A stretch of DNA of 64,000 nt from Octopus vulgaris. Its lineage: Eukaryota. This document shows positions 14,309-28,140 of this stretch, piece by piece. Where the stretch lies: assembly GCA_951406725.2 (NCBI GenBank), contig OX597823.1, positions 16,244,001-16,308,000 on the forward strand, read 5' to 3'. Both the position numbers and the translations under genes were made by a program. Below the pieces are notes generated by a model that saw only the letters and a program-made list of their open reading frames with translations, was not told where the DNA came from and made no database searches. Each line of letters begins with the position of its first letter. Within the stretch, counting starts at the first letter, position 1.

Positions 14309-14539
14309 GGTGGCGAGCTGGCAGAAACGTTAGCACACCGGGTGAAATGCTTAGCCGTATTTCGTCCGCCGTTACGTTCTGAGTTCAAATTCCGCTGGGG
14401 TTGATTTTGCCTTTCATCCTTTCAGGGTCGATAAATTAAGTACTAGTTACACACTGTGGTCGATATAATCGACTTAATCCGTTTGTCTGTCCTTGTTTGT
14501 CCTCTCCGTGTTTAGCCCCTTGTGGGCAGTAAAGAAATA
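14309..14539 (+). mobile_element. SINE family B, full length
   Basis: 17-bp TSD GGTATATTCATGTAAAA (14292-14308 / 14540-14556). Confidence 0.92.
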
Positions 14540-16817
14540 GGTATATTCATGTAAAATGATAACATTAAAGTTTAAGGAAAGAGAAAACAAAAAAAACAGA
14601 CCTAACTCTGCATGATCTACTACAAAATCAACATTGTTTGGTCCTAGCTTTTTCAGTCAAAAGCCATATTGATATAGCAATTAATTTTAGTAGATTCTTG
14701 CCCTCTAAATATTGAAGAGCAAAGCAAAATATCTTGATGTTTTTAAAAAAGTAAGTCATTAGCAGATTCATAACTGTGGTTCGTTCTGTTACTTTCCTTT
14801 ATCATTGTCAGATATACTTTGTATTCTATTTTGTTTATGATGAGCAAGGACTAAAACATTGAACATTCTTCTGGGTTTTTTTTCTTTCCCCGCACTACAG
14901 TGTGAAATTAGCTCCTTTGTACTCTTGTTTTTTCATGTTTCATTCCTGGGATACTTTTTTGTTTTTTTTAAAGCCTTTAACTTCTGATCACAAGGTATCT
15001 TTTGACCTCTAAAAGTGCAAAATAAGACTCTTAAAGTGGACTTAAATAGTAGTGCAGTGAACATAATTTTGCATAGTGTTTGGTTATTTAGGAACTGTAT
15101 AGGAGAAAGAAATTTATCAACTAAATTCTCTGTTTATTTCCATTGAAATTTTATACAAACTAATCTCTTGTACTACTAACAATCTATATTGATTTTATCA
15201 GTCTAGCTGGACATTCAATATTCATTGTTACTGCTCCTCTTATAATTAATTCTAATATCAATGACTACTTTTGGACAGATATGCAATAATAGTATTTCTT
15301 ATATTTTTCAAACAAGTATTAACATGTGTGTGCAGTCTATCAAAAATTTCTCCAAAGTCTTCTTAGAAATGACTTCTGTCATGGTTACTTTTCAACATTT
15401 ACTGATATTGCTTTAAATATTAGCCAATTTCTCACATTTCCACGAAATGTTGTAATCACTTCTGCATGTACAAATAATTTCAATGCCACTTTCCCAACTT
15501 CAGTGTAATTTTTGCAGAATTCCAAGATAAAAATCAACTGTATCAGTCTAGGATATGGACATTACTCCCTCTTAGTTGGACTAAATATTTTAAACAGATT
15601 GAGCAACTGGTTGAAGCACTTTTAAGTAATAATTCTATTGTAAGAGTAAAATTGTTACCATTCGGTGAAAAGTTATTATTCTGTGGGATTTATCATTTTC
15701 CATATCTGATTATTTTTTTTATTCTGCCAGAGATAGAAATATTTTTTCAATTTGGATTTTTTGCATGTTTTTGTATTCAGTTTTCATGTTCCCAGGTCTT
15801 GCTGGAATAGATCCTTTTTCTTCTTTTTTTTGCCTTTTATAGAATTAATTTCCTTAAGTCAACCAGCAGCAAGAAATCTGTGGTAAACAAATAAGAACAT
15901 TAACAATTATGATTCTAAAAGCCAAAATGCTTGATAAAAAGGAAGATGTCTTGTAACTCATGACATCTATAAAATAAAACATTTTCTTAATGTAGTAAAC
16001 CTAGTGTAACTCACCCAAGTTGAGTTTAACCTTCTTAAGGCTTTAGACTATGGTTAAATTCTTAAGTTCAAAATCAAATCTGGGATGTGAAACAGTTTAC
16101 TGCAGGTTTACCTCAATGTTAGTACTTTATAAGACATTCACAGACCAACATTCCTGAATACATCTGAATGTTAAGGATGGTTTTAGATAGCTTCATTGTC
16201 AGTCTGTGCTCTATATTTTCACATCATGTAAATTTGTTTTGAGATGGAGATGCTTGAAAAAAAAACTTTCTCTACATCTACCCTTTCAAAACAAGCTGTA
16301 ATTAGCTGGCAACAAACAGCCACAATACCAATGATTAACTGACTAGAAATAGGAGCCGTCAAATCTTTCAGATTATTAAAATAAAAGATATGGAATTAAA
16401 AATGTTCTGGATACTCTATGCTTCTGTGTTTGAAAAAGACAGGTAGTCATGATTTGAACACATGATTTGTAATATTTATGATGCTCGTTAAAAAGAGAAA
16501 ATATTTGGACAATTCCATGTCTAACTTAGCAAAGACCATTATTTAGTTAAAGTGGCTTCCCATTTTGTGATTTAAAAATTTTTTTCAGCATATTACAAAT
16601 TCACTGTATAAGGTACCACTTTGCTATGTATTTGAAATTCATCTCCTATATAGTGAATTTCAACTCATTTGACCTATGTTGATCAAGAACCCTTTTTGAA
16701 GCAACATCTTGAAATTGTTTACTAAATTTATTATTACCTTGTTCAGGTGAAAAAAAAAATATATGAATAGAATTTTTTACAAAAGTTTTTGTCAAGCTTT
16801 TTCTTTTTACTTTATAG

Positions 16818-16885
16818 ATACCTGCAACAATAACAAGAATTCTTTTGAACCACTTTAATTGGGATAAAGAAAGATTAATGGAACG
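16818..16885 (+). CDS. ARIH1: ARIH1 exon (UBA-like domain): IPATITRILLNHFNWDKERLME(R)
   Basis: ttttactttatag|ATA acceptor, CG|gtaatt donor; matches the ARIH1 motif PATITRILLxHFNWDKExLMER; absent from the ORF track. Confidence 0.95.
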
Positions 16886-17697
16886 GTAATTATATACATA
16901 TATACACACATCTTATGTCATTGTTTATTGTCACATTAACCACAGGAACATTGGCAATAGTAAGCAGTTGTCATTCCTTAATTATACCAAATATATTTCG
17001 TCAATAATTGCCTTTTTCTTTAATTAACGGAGTATAGTAAATATGACTGTTGTATGTATAATGCCGTCTCTCCCTATTTTTATATTTCACTTTTTGTAAC
17101 CCTCTGGAAGATTTTATAGGACTTGTAGTGGGGTACAGGTGGCATTTCTTGGACAATTTTTTTATCTTCTCTCCAGCCGCCCATATGATGATTTGAACTC
17201 AACAGTACAAACTAATGGAACACTTGTCAGTTATAGTTCACCGGTCCCTTTGCACCTGTTAGTAAATTAAACTATGTTGGACAGGTCTGATACAGTTCTT
17301 TGTAACCTCATACATGTCCACGATACTAGACAAGTAATACAAATGTATCAGTTGAGAAGATATTTTAAACTCTTTTTTTTGTTCCTATCAACCATATAGA
17401 ACTGGACTAAAGTGAGAGATTTTCTAATTGGCTTCTTAACTATCACTCTATATATATATTGTCTTTTGCCCTGTAATTTCCACTGTGGATCTTTTTCAAT
17501 AATATAAACTTTATCCCATAGCTCTCTGGTGTTCCATGATTTTAATCTTTAGCAGTAAGCCTGTTTCCCTTTTGTAAGCTCTAGTAGCTAATCTGTAAAA
17601 ATATTGGCATATAAGTTAGGTCTGTTTTCCAAAGAGATAGGACATTATCATGATAGGATAAACATCTTCTGGTCAGTTTGGTTTTAATTCTACCTTA

Positions 17698-18087
17698 CTG
17701 TGTGGAGGCGCAATGGCCCAGTGGTTAGGGCAGCGGACTCGCGGTCATAGGATTGCGGTTTCGATTCCCAGACCGGGTGTTGTGAGTGTTTATTGAGCGA
17801 AAACGCCTAAAAGCTCCACGAGGCTCTGGCAGGGGATGGTGGTGATCCCTGCTGTACTCTTTCACCACGACTTTCTCTCACTCTTACTTCCTGTTTCTGT
17901 TGTACCTGTATTTCAAGGGGCCGGCCTTGTCACTCTCTGTGTCACACTGAATATCCCCGAGAACTACGTTAAGGGTACACGTGTCTGTGGAGTGCTCAGC
18001 CACTTACACGTTAATTTCACGAGCAGGCTGTTCCGTTGATTCGGATCACCCGGAACCCTCGTCGTCGTAACCGACGGAGTGCTTCCC
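17698..18087 (+). mobile_element. tRNA-derived SINE, third family (tRNA-Arg-like head)
   Basis: A box TGGCCCAGTGGTTAGG, TCG at the anticodon position, B box GGTTTCGATTCC; 12-bp TSD AATTCTACCTTA (17686-17697 / 18088-18099). Confidence 0.88.
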
Positions 18088-19039
18088 AATTCTACCTTAG
18101 CAACTGAATAGTTTCCTTGCAACTTTCACATTCTTACAATTTCTATAAAGCATACTCTACATTTGAAATAAGACTTAAATAGTTCTTCCTCCTCATTAAG
18201 TGGTAATCACTGCCACCTGATTTATTCAACAATGTCAAAATTGAATTCTAAAAATTTGAGGAACCATTAATAAAAACTAAAACTAGGGTGGATTAAAAGA
18301 AACTCTGGAATGCCTGTTTGTGAATTTGTGCAAGCATATGTACTGTCATGGAAAGGTGAACAGGTTCAGTCAAGTTTTGTACCCGACAGATTAGATTGGA
18401 TGATTCTATTCTATTTACTTTTCTCATGCACTGCACCTTCCTCACTCTACCTCCACCCACTCCTGTAACTTACTCCACATCCCTTTTTTGTCCTCCTGTT
18501 TACGGTTTCATCATTATTTTATTGTCAGTCATCTTCGTCAGTCACCTCATCACTCCCCAGCTTCCCTCACTCACTCTCACTCTTTCTTCTAAAACATATT
18601 CTCAATTGTTTTTACCTATGGACCCCTTTATTACTATTTTATTCTGATGCCCCCACCACCACCATAGCTATTCGATGTTTAAAAACTAGTTTTATAGAAA
18701 CTTTTCAAAGTTTTGTTTTTTTCACACACCAACTTGTGTAGGTTGAACTATGTAAAATGTCAGAGTAAGAAACCTAGCTGTTTCTTGCAATACACACCAA
18801 TACATATATTTAAAGCAAATTTTTTCAAGGGCCCTTAAAATATTGTGGATTCCCAATTTGCGATTTTGTTGCATGGACACCCCAAAATCTTATATGGACT
18901 ATGGTTAAGAATCACTGCTCTGAAATACAAGTAGTCATACGGTTCTTCTACAGAAAGCAACTAGTTCTGCTCTAGCCCCTTTTTTCATGCTTTTACCCAT
19001 TTTGTGTTTATTTCCCAGCATGAAAATACTCCCACAGGA

Positions 19040-19255
19040 TCCAGTGTCTTGCAAACTATATGACAACCTCACTCATGCTGGTGGCACAAAAAAGCACCCA
19101 GCAAAAACTGTAAAGTTGTTGGTGTTAGGAAGGGCATTCAACCATAGAAATCATGCCAAAGCAGATACGGGAGTACAATGCAGTCCTTGAGCTCTTTGGA
19201 TTCTGTCACTCCAGCCTATGCCAGCATGGAACATTAACATTAAATGATAATGATT
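19040..19255 (+). mobile_element. Older RTE 3'-end-derived repeat (family C-related)
   Basis: GGTGGCACAAAAAAGCACC, GTTAGGAAGGGCATTC, ATGCCAGCATGGAA, TAAATGATAATGAT tail. Confidence 0.7.
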
Positions 19256-20888
19256 AAATGATTCTGAGCCAAACTCAAATGCTAGAGTGGAGAGCATTGA
19301 GCAAAGCTTTCGTGAACACCTACTTATTATGTATATTGAATATCATTCATTAAAGCAAGTTAAATAAGTCATCAAAGCACATCAAAAATTAAGCAGAATT
19401 ACGAAATTATTGGAAAACTTAAAATCAGTTTAAAATCTCTCAAAATTTAATTCTTCATCATTACTGATGCCAGAAATATCCTGCTTCTACTGTGTCAACA
19501 TTTCTCCTACATCCTGTGATATTTCTGTAATATCTTGGGTTTTTAACATAGGTCACACAATAGCTCCCTTCAAGAGAACCTTTTAAATGATGGATTAAAA
19601 GACATTTTGGTAGCCTTTAATCTTCAAATCAAGCAATTACAACACAGTCACTAATCCTCTGGTCGGTGATCCAGTATATCAGTTTTACTACATCTCTCTA
19701 TATAGAACCTGCTTCTCTCTACATTCCTTTTTGTTTAACATTTCCAGTGAGACTTTTTTTTTTCCTGCTTTCTCTCGTGACTTTCTCTGATACAGAAAAT
19801 TTCTTCAGTTGATCAATTAACTCCTGCAAATTCTATAACTTTTATATTTAAAAGCTGTCAAAGTTAGATTCATTTGTCCCCACTGTTACCAGAAAGGTAT
19901 ACTGCCTCTACATTTTGCCTGCATTTCAGTAGTTAACCATTATGACGGTGTTTGATGGGTTAAAATTTTACCTTTTAATTAATACTTGTCTCTTCAATAT
20001 ATTTACTGCCTGACAAGACAATTCCTAATAAAACTTTCCTTTTTCTTTTTCTCTCTTGACCTTCATTCCTTTATGTTTCCTTATTTATCTACATTGGTTC
20101 CTTTCAGATTTTGCCATCACTCCCTCTCACCACTACCCATCCACTTGTATCACTCTCACCACTGATCATATGACATGTTTACAGCCAGCCTGTCAACTGA
20201 AAAGACCAGGCTTAGAATATCTTAGTTCGCTTTACTTTCCATACATTAAAAAAAAAAGAAATCTAGTAATTTATTCAATATGGCATACACCTTGTATGCA
20301 ATATGTGCTTGCATGATTCATCATCTATAGTAGTGGTTGATTGTAATAACGATGAAATATTAGCCTTGTATTTTTATAGAGGCTTTGTACAAAAAAAATG
20401 TGACTTTTTTTTTTTTTGGTCCACTTCTACTAGGATAATTGTCTTTGAAGTATACATTAGCCAGTATCTTTTCGATGCTCAAGTTCTTTACCTACTCAGC
20501 CTTTTTTCCATTACAGCTATTTTCACTTATTAAATGTGCATCATTTAGTCGGTCCTTTGCATAAGCATTTTCGAGGCAGTAAACTGAGAAATATGTTACA
20601 CTATAATTCCAGCTATTGTTACCATTAGTTCTTCGGGTCTTAGTTATATCACTATTTAACTAAGTTTGTTGTTTCACAGTCAGTGGAACTGCCTCTGTGT
20701 AGTCACTCAATCTACTAGAAATAGCTATCAGAAGTCTCTCAAATCACACCTACTAGTGTTAAATACCTTGCTTAACCCCTTTTGTTACCAACCTGAGATT
20801 GCTCCTGGTTCCATGATTCTAATTTCTTCTCTGAAGAGATCTAAATTAAAACCTTCCATCAAAATTTATTTATGTTCCAAATGCCACT

Positions 20889-20926
<38 letters not shown>

Positions 20927-21624
20927 TGTGTACAGTGCTCAGGTGCACTACAACTCATCTAAAGTGTATATATAATCAGGTGTAGTTTCGGCGGATTTCG
21001 GAAAGCATGAGGGCCTTAAGATGCAGTGTCATGGCAGTCAACAACTGACGCAGGCAGTTTATTCCATGCTTCAGCAACTCTGAGCATGAAAAAATGTTTC
21101 CGAAAGTCGTGGGAGCTGTATTGTTTTCTGACTTTGTAGGCATGTCCACGTGTGTTAGACACATGGAGATCAAAAAGGTGTTCAGTGTTGTTGTTGGTGA
21201 GGTGGTTGATAACTTTGTGGGTGTTTACCAAGTCCGTCGCCAAATGCCGGAGCTTCAGTGAATCCAATCCCAGGGAAACAAGGCGCTCAGAATATGGTAG
21301 GTGTCTGATGGAGGGTATGCGTTTGGTTGCACGTCTCTGGACAGATTCCAGGAGGTCAATGTTCTGTGCAAGATAGGGGTTCCAAACTGATGATGCGAAT
21401 TCCAAGTGTGGTCGTACCATAGCTGTATACAGTTTTAAATAGATGGCTGGAGAGCGGCTAACAAAAGACCTGCTGAGTGATGCCAAGACACCCTCGGCCT
21501 TCCTGACAATCTTAGAGATATGCTTTGACAAACGCAAATCACTGCTGACAGTGATGCCTAGGTCACGCTCGCAAGAGGATTTCTTGATATCAGTGTTGTG
21601 GAGGGAGTAAGTGAACGCAGGGTT
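20889..21624 (-). mobile_element. CR1-clade LINE, 5'-truncated (subfamily a), inserted in a family-D-like MITE
   Basis: ORF 21016-21537 with LY..MVRPHLEFASSVWNPY, LESVQRRATK, TRGH, FF..RV...WNKLP; (TAT)n tail; MITE-like sequence at 20772-20888 resumes after 21625. Confidence 0.92.
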
Positions 21625-22049
21625 CTAAGTTATTTTACTAAATTCATTATTTTCAAAATTAATATAAATAAAGAAGAGAGGACATCATCTTTAGAATGGC
21701 GTCTTCACCTGAACTGTTTGCAACAGTGGACTTCACTGACAGTACTGAAAATCAAGTGCCAAGTTATGTATATAGTATAACTCAAAAATGGAAATGGTCC
21801 CTTGAAGGGCTTCCACACTGTGAGATTGAACCTGAAACAATGTTGTTCCAAAGCAAATTTCTTAACCATACTCCCATACACTTGCTTCTAACTAGCACTG
21901 CTTTTTATTGCCTGTTACCTTAATTATATATACCTTAATTATTGTCTGTTACCTTAATTATATAAAATCTCACTTTGAATTTCCTCTCTTACAATTTCCT
22001 TTCTTACTTTTACCCATCATTTGCCCTTCATTTCTTAGCATAAAACTAC

Positions 22050-22280
22050 CTACTTGAGGTTTGTGGTTTTGCACACTGCACGATGGCCTTACTTGTGCTG
22101 GTGGGATGGAAAAAACACCCAGTTTATACTGTAAAGTGGTTAGCATTAGGAAAGGCATCCAAGCATAGAAACCATGTCAAAGCAGACATTAGAGCACAAT
22201 GCAGCCGTTGGCCTCTTCAGATCCTGTCAAACTATCCAACCTCTACTACTAGCATGGAACATGGACATTAAATGATGATC
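22050..22280 (+). mobile_element. Older RTE 3'-end-derived repeat (family C-related)
   Basis: TTAGGAAAGGCATCCAAGC, CTAGCATGGAA, TAAATGATGAT tail. Confidence 0.65.
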
Positions 22281-22627
22281 TCTGCTGAATTCATCTTGTT
22301 TCTATCAAGGAAACAATGTAATGTTATTGAATCAGAGAGCAAAGCTTTATGGTTATCATTATGAGCATTTAACTAATTATATTTATGATCCGGTGATAAA
22401 CATCAAACAATATATATTATTCTGATAATGAGCCAATGCTTTCTAGATAAACCTGGTAGTATTAAAACCTTTCCTTTAACATACATATGTATATAACTGA
22501 TGTTTTTACAGCTATTTATAGTTTTCTCATTAAGCAATAAGATGAGGTGGGGTTTGTGATTTTTTATTATTTTTCAGCCAGTTTAAGATGATGAAATGCA
22601 ATGGCTGTAAAAATGCCTATTTGGTTT

Positions 22628-24850
22628 CATCTTCATCTTTTAACATTTGTTTTCTATGCTGGTATGGGTTGGACAGTTGGACCAGAGCTTGCAAGCTTGA
22701 GAGCTGCACCAGGTTTCAGTCTGATTTGGCTTGGTTTCTGCAGCTGGATGCCCTTCCTAATGCCTACAAACTTCACATTGTGTTCTAGGTGCTTTTAACA
22801 TGGCACTGGTACAAGTGCTTTTATGTGGCACTAAGCACAGGACTCTTGCAAGCCAATCTCTTCATCAGGGGGAGGAAGGGGTGTGGCCTTAACACCTCTG
22901 CTATGGGAGACAGGTCTTCTTAAGTACAGCAAGGCACCAGGTATCTTGGTCCTTTGTCATCTCCAAAAGGTTCAATGTCTTAAGGTCATCCTTCAGTACT
23001 TCATCCCATGTCTTTCTGGGTCTCCCTCTTTCATGAGTCCCATCCACTTTGAGTGATTGGCACTTCTTTATGGAGCTGTCAGCATCCATTCGCATCACAG
23101 GACCAAACCAACACAGTCTTCTCTTGCACACTGCATTTAATTCCTCTTGTGCCTAACCTTTCTCAATACACTAGCACTCTTGTTGCACATGTACACTTGA
23201 ATTGCACATCCAGTGGAGCATACTAGCATATAGTAGTTCCCAGGTGCTGCCAGTCTTGGACTCCTCTGTTTACAGCAATGCAGACAATGATGAAAAGAAG
23301 AGGACTGAAGAGTGAGCTTTGTACATCAGATTCTTTGCTATACTCGTTAACTTTCACCTTACTGACAGCATCTTTGTACATGGCTTGTACAGCTTTCACA
23401 AGCCACTTGTCTACCCCTAGCCTCCTTGGAGCCCACTATATCACAGAGTGGGGTACTCTATCAAAGGTTTTCTCTAGATCAACAAATGCCAGGTATATTC
23501 TTATGGTTTATTCTTAGCTAAGTACTTCTCTTGCAGTTGCCTGACTATGAAAATAGCATCAGTAGTGTTTCTCCCTAGAGCAAAGCCAAACTGCAATTTG
23601 TCTAGCCTAATTGGGCTGTAACTCTCTCTCCATAATTTTCATCAGCTGGTCCAGAAGTTTGATGCCTCTATAATTGCTTCTAAAACACATCCCTTACCCT
23701 TGTAGCAGCTAACTATAATGCTGCTACACCAGTCACTGGATTTTTTATTTTTATCTAGTTTCAGCTCACGAGCTGTGGCCATTCTGGGGCACTGCCATTT
23801 GGTGTTGCTACATGATTTTACTTCGAATGCTTTTTAGCAATTGCCATTTGGTGCATGAGAGAGTTCGATGCAGCTGCTCTCATCTGCACCTCCTGCCGTG
23901 AAGTTGGTTCATCTGGGACACCTGACAGGAAGAGATCCAGCTTTATTTTAAAGACATCTGCATCCACCCATGCAGGTCTCTCAGGTTCTTCGGGAGGATA
24001 TTGAAGAGTTGTGGGCCTCTGAAGCCCAGGCTATCACAGTATCTTGTCCTACATCTTGATGGCAAATTTGGAGTCTTTGGCACTATGCAGTGGCGCCCAG
24101 TTCTAGTATATTATGCTTTCCTGAAAAACCTGATTAACTATGCAGGTGACTAGCCTGTATTCTACCCTGCCAGAAATTTTGAACATCTCAGCAGTAGCTC
24201 TAGATGGACTAAGGGCTATCTTTATTTTCATGTCTTTAATTCCCTTATCTAGCATACTGCTGCCCACTAAAATAGCTAGTCCCTATTTGGGTTCACATGA
24301 GGGAGACTCTCTTTATCCCATTCATTCTCCTTGCATAATAACTCTTTTACACTTCTTTCTTATCTGAATCACTTAGTGCCAACATACCATTATCCATCTA
24401 TACACACTTCTCTTCAACAGCTTCTCATTTCTCTTTGACACTCTGTCTTGCATTCCAGAACACTTCAAGTTTCCGATCTTCACACTTCCTTTCTGCTTCT
24501 GCTCTAGTTTGATATACCTAACGAGTAGCTTCTTTGCTTCCTCTACTTTTCCATTCTTTTCAGACCCATCTTTTCCCGTTTATGGCCCTTTAAACATTAC
24601 TGTTCCACCACCATATCACCCTTGGTCTGGCAGGGCTTTGTGCCAACCACAGATTTGGTTTGTAGCCCTCAGTAGATCATCCCATAGTGACTTCCAGTTG
24701 TCCTCTTTGTTGCATATCCTCTCTTCCTCCACATCAAAGGCTTCATTAAGAACATCTCTAAATCTCTTCCCATTTGAAGGATCCTTGAGCTTCCACAACC
24801 TCCTTTTCTATATCGGCTTGCATTTCTGAATCCTTCTGACCCTAAACCTG
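22628..24850 (-). pseudogene. RTE-clade LINE relic (RT, C-terminus, 3' UTR) with internal deletions
   Basis: RRLCWFGPVMRM...RGRPRKTW (22901-23131), AFVDLEKTFD (~23460-23490), WKLKD (24616-24798); its 3' UTR is contiguous with the family-C sequence. Confidence 0.88.
23741..24105 (-). mobile_element. CR1-like LINE 3' fragment nested in the RTE relic
   Basis: Minus strand reads RTGRHCIVPK...SLGFRGPQLFNILPKNLRDL followed by a 3' UTR and A-rich tail. Confidence 0.75.
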
Positions 24851-25199
24851 TAATATCTCAAATACATATCAAAAAAAAAAAATGTTGAAAACTTATCATT
24901 ATTCAAAATATTCTCATTCAATACAAACTGAAAGTAACTCAGACTACTACTCTTGTGGTCTCTTTTCACTCAGTGACTTAATTGTTCTGTTTTATAAACT
25001 AGCTGACCAAACTAGCTATTCCAGAATTTTCATCCACGAAACTGAAATCTTTGAAAATTCTTGCCTGCTAAACCAAATAAGTTTAAATTTCTCTTAATTT
25101 CATATGTAACTAGAGAAAACATAAAATCTCTGAGCTTTTATTTTTCCTTTTTGCTTTATTGTCTAAAAGTATTTTGTTAAAATATATCCATTGGCTTTG

Positions 25200-26110
25200 T
25201 ACATATTTTTGATTTATTCAAAGTTCATAGGTAACTTGACTATTTTTAACATTGTTAGTAAGCCACTTTGCTAACTGCATCTCCGTGCATGGTTCCCACA
25301 AGTCATTCATCTGCACCTAGGATTTTAGTGACAACCATTAGCTTGAGAGCTTCTCTTATAGTTGTCTCATTAGAAGAGCATATTGGTGGTACTTTGTCCT
25401 AGTTCAGACCTGAATTGTATTTTACCTAAGGTAATTCTCTTCCTAATTAGTTGTGCTAAAACTCATTTTGTTACTTTCGTAGCATCTGCTATCAGTTTGA
25501 TGCCTCTGTAGTTGCCTTTATCTCCTGCAGTTCTTTTGCCTTTGTAGCTATTTGATGATACTGCTACCCCAACTGTTGGTGCAATACACTTTCACTGTAC
25601 TACCTGATTGACTGTGCACATGACTTGCGGTATCTCTGCTCTGCCAGATGTTTTTCTGCCTCTCAATGACTATCTTTGATTTTGTGGGTTTTTTCTACTT
25701 TCATATATCTTTCCCTACCTTCATATAATTGCACTTTCAACTGCACAGCTATCAACTTTGTTAGCTGGCATGCTTTGTTGGATCTACTTGGAGTAGTCCC
25801 TCACTTTATAGCAGCCTTTCGCAGCTAAATTAGTTTTACATGCACTACTGTCATTCTAGTCACAATTTTTCTCTTCAACAGTGCTTGCAACCCAGAACGT
25901 CTACCCCATTGATTTTTTTTTCTTTTTTACATTTTCTTTTTTTATGCACAACATTAACAAACCTCTTACTTTCAACTTTTAGTTATTTGACATTTCCTGT
26001 TCCTAAATTGCTTTCATTCTTTCTTGGTGTATCTCTAGACTTTATGGTTGTAGCCATTGTATCATTCCACCACTGTGTCCCTTTGTTTGTACCTTGTTTC
26101 AATCACACTT
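25200..26110 (-). pseudogene. Degenerate RTE-like LINE fragments
   Basis: Decayed RT-upstream region (YKGK...NYRGIKL-like at ~25495-25545); boundaries approximate. Confidence 0.5.
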
Positions 26111-26147
26111 GTTGACTGTTGCAGCAAGTTGTCTTGTAGAATCTCCC

Positions 26148-26880
26148 ATCATCATTTAACATCTGTTTTCCATATTGGCATGGGTTGGATGGCTTGACAG
26201 GAACTAGCAAGGCCAGGGGCTGCACCAGGTACCACAGTCTGTTTTGGCTTAATTCCTATGACTGAATACCCTTCCGAATGCAATCCACTCTACAGAGTTT
26301 ACTGGGTGCCTTTTATGTAGTGGCACCAGCACCAGTGCTTTTTATGTGAGATCTTGATTTTAAGATCTCAATTTTGTTGTGGTGGGCAGCTCTTCTCAAG
26401 TACAGTAATGCGCCACCTATCTCAATCCCCTGTCATCTCCTTCATAAGGTTCAGCGTTTTCAGATCAGCCTTCAAATAATTTTTGTCCCATGTCTTCTTA
26501 GCTCTCCGTCTTCCTTCTAGTTTAAGTGATTGGCACTTCTTTATGCAACTGTCCTCATCTGTCCATATCACTTGACCAAGCTGGTGCAGTTTCCTCTCTT
26601 GCACACTGCATATGATTCCTCTCATGCCCAACTTCTCCCTCAATACACCAATGCTCTGTCACACATCCAGCGGAGCATACCAGCTTTGTTCCTCTCCAGT
26701 CTTCACATGTCCTCCACATTCAGGGCCCATGTCTCACTACCATTGTCCTTTGCATTGTCCTCTATCTCCACTTCCTCTTCTTTGAAAAATACATCACCTA
26801 GAGCCTCTCTAACCCTGTGTTTAGCAGAAGAAACTGTTTCCACATTTTCCTCCTCCAGATAGTTTTGTAGCTCTTAAGCA
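26148..26880 (-). pseudogene. RTE-clade LINE relic (C-terminus + 3' UTR)
   Basis: ORF 26422-26643 (REKLGMRGI...IKKCQSLKLEGRRRAKKTWD) is homologous to 22901-23131; (GAT)n tail at ~26148. Confidence 0.8.
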
Positions 26881-27619
26881 CGTCTATACTGAGTGGTACA
26901 TTCTTCATCAGGTTGAGATTTTAGTATTCACAGCCCTGTGTCTGTTTCATTTCTTAGTGTGTAAGAATTCTATTTGGTTTGTGTAATTGGTTTGTAATCA
27001 AGCCGAGTTTTCATTCTTCATATTAGATCAGCCATAAATATTGAAGTTGGTTACTCATTATTGAGGTAATTTGCTTGTGTTTGTGAAAAAAATATGTTGC
27101 TGATATAAAATAGGTGAAGCACAAATTTGTTACTGTTATATATTGACCTCATTTTATTAATGAAGCTTGAACCTGCTTCGTCTTTGTAGTATTACATGAA
27201 CACAGCTTTGTGCCACAAGCTGGCTACAGATTAATAAAAAAGGTTTTTTTTTTGGTTTTTTTAACCTATTTCTGTACAAATTTCATTTTCTTTTATTATT
27301 AAAGAGGCAGGCTTTGATTCGATATTAAAAACAACTATCAAAGGGAGGACAGCAGTCAAAAAATTTTCATCAATATTGGTCAACAGTTTGTGGAAACGCG
27401 ACTTTGTTCTTGCAGCTGAATCTGTTGTAGGATTAAAGAAAAAATTCCAACCATTGAAGTAAAACCTGGAATTAAAGTTAACTTAGCAAAACCTAAAGTC
27501 AGTAGAGAAACAGAACTCTGCTTCTATCCAAGAAATAGCTTTGCTCAATATGCTCAATTAGGTAGAGATTCTCATACAGTACAAGAAATGTGCGAGTTAT
27601 AAAAACTGAATGCATGGGA

Positions 27620-28140
27620 AATTATCTCTAATGCCGAGGAGGATCCATAGAGATACTGATAAGTTCTGTTACCTAGGTGACCGAATTAGAAGTGAAGAGG
27701 AGTGTTCTGAATGTATAGGAACCAAAGTAAGAACAGGCTAGGGAAAGTTCAAGACTGTCACTGCCATTGGTTATTTCTCTCTGAGTGAAAGATCCTCTGT
27801 AATTTTTGTGGATGAAGCTTGATCTCACATGGTACTGAGACTTGGAGAACTTATGAAGACTAGAAAGAAATGAAGGAAGCCTACTTTACTGGCTGCGCAA
27901 GATCAGTTGTAATGTGCAAAAGAGGAGACTGTATTGGTAATGGTCATGGGATGTGTAATGATGAGGACAGTTGTATAAATAAGTGCCAGTTGCTTGTAAC
28001 AAATGAAATTGGTGAAAAAGGACACCCAGAAAGATATGAGATGAAGTAGTGAAGACTGATATCAGGATGTTGAACCTTGCAGATATGACAAAGGCCATGA
28101 TGATAGGTGATATCTAGTGCTTGAGAAGACCCACCCTGCT
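27620..28140 (+). pseudogene. Degenerate RTE LINE C-terminal fragment
   Basis: KFCYLGD motif at ~27661-27681 and a decayed PRK..DEVVKTDIRMLNL.DMTK segment near 28025-28095. Confidence 0.65.

Noticed and set aside
17703-17775. tRNA-Arg gene
   Set aside because: No proper acceptor stem; it continues into a SINE body and is bounded by a 12-bp TSD.
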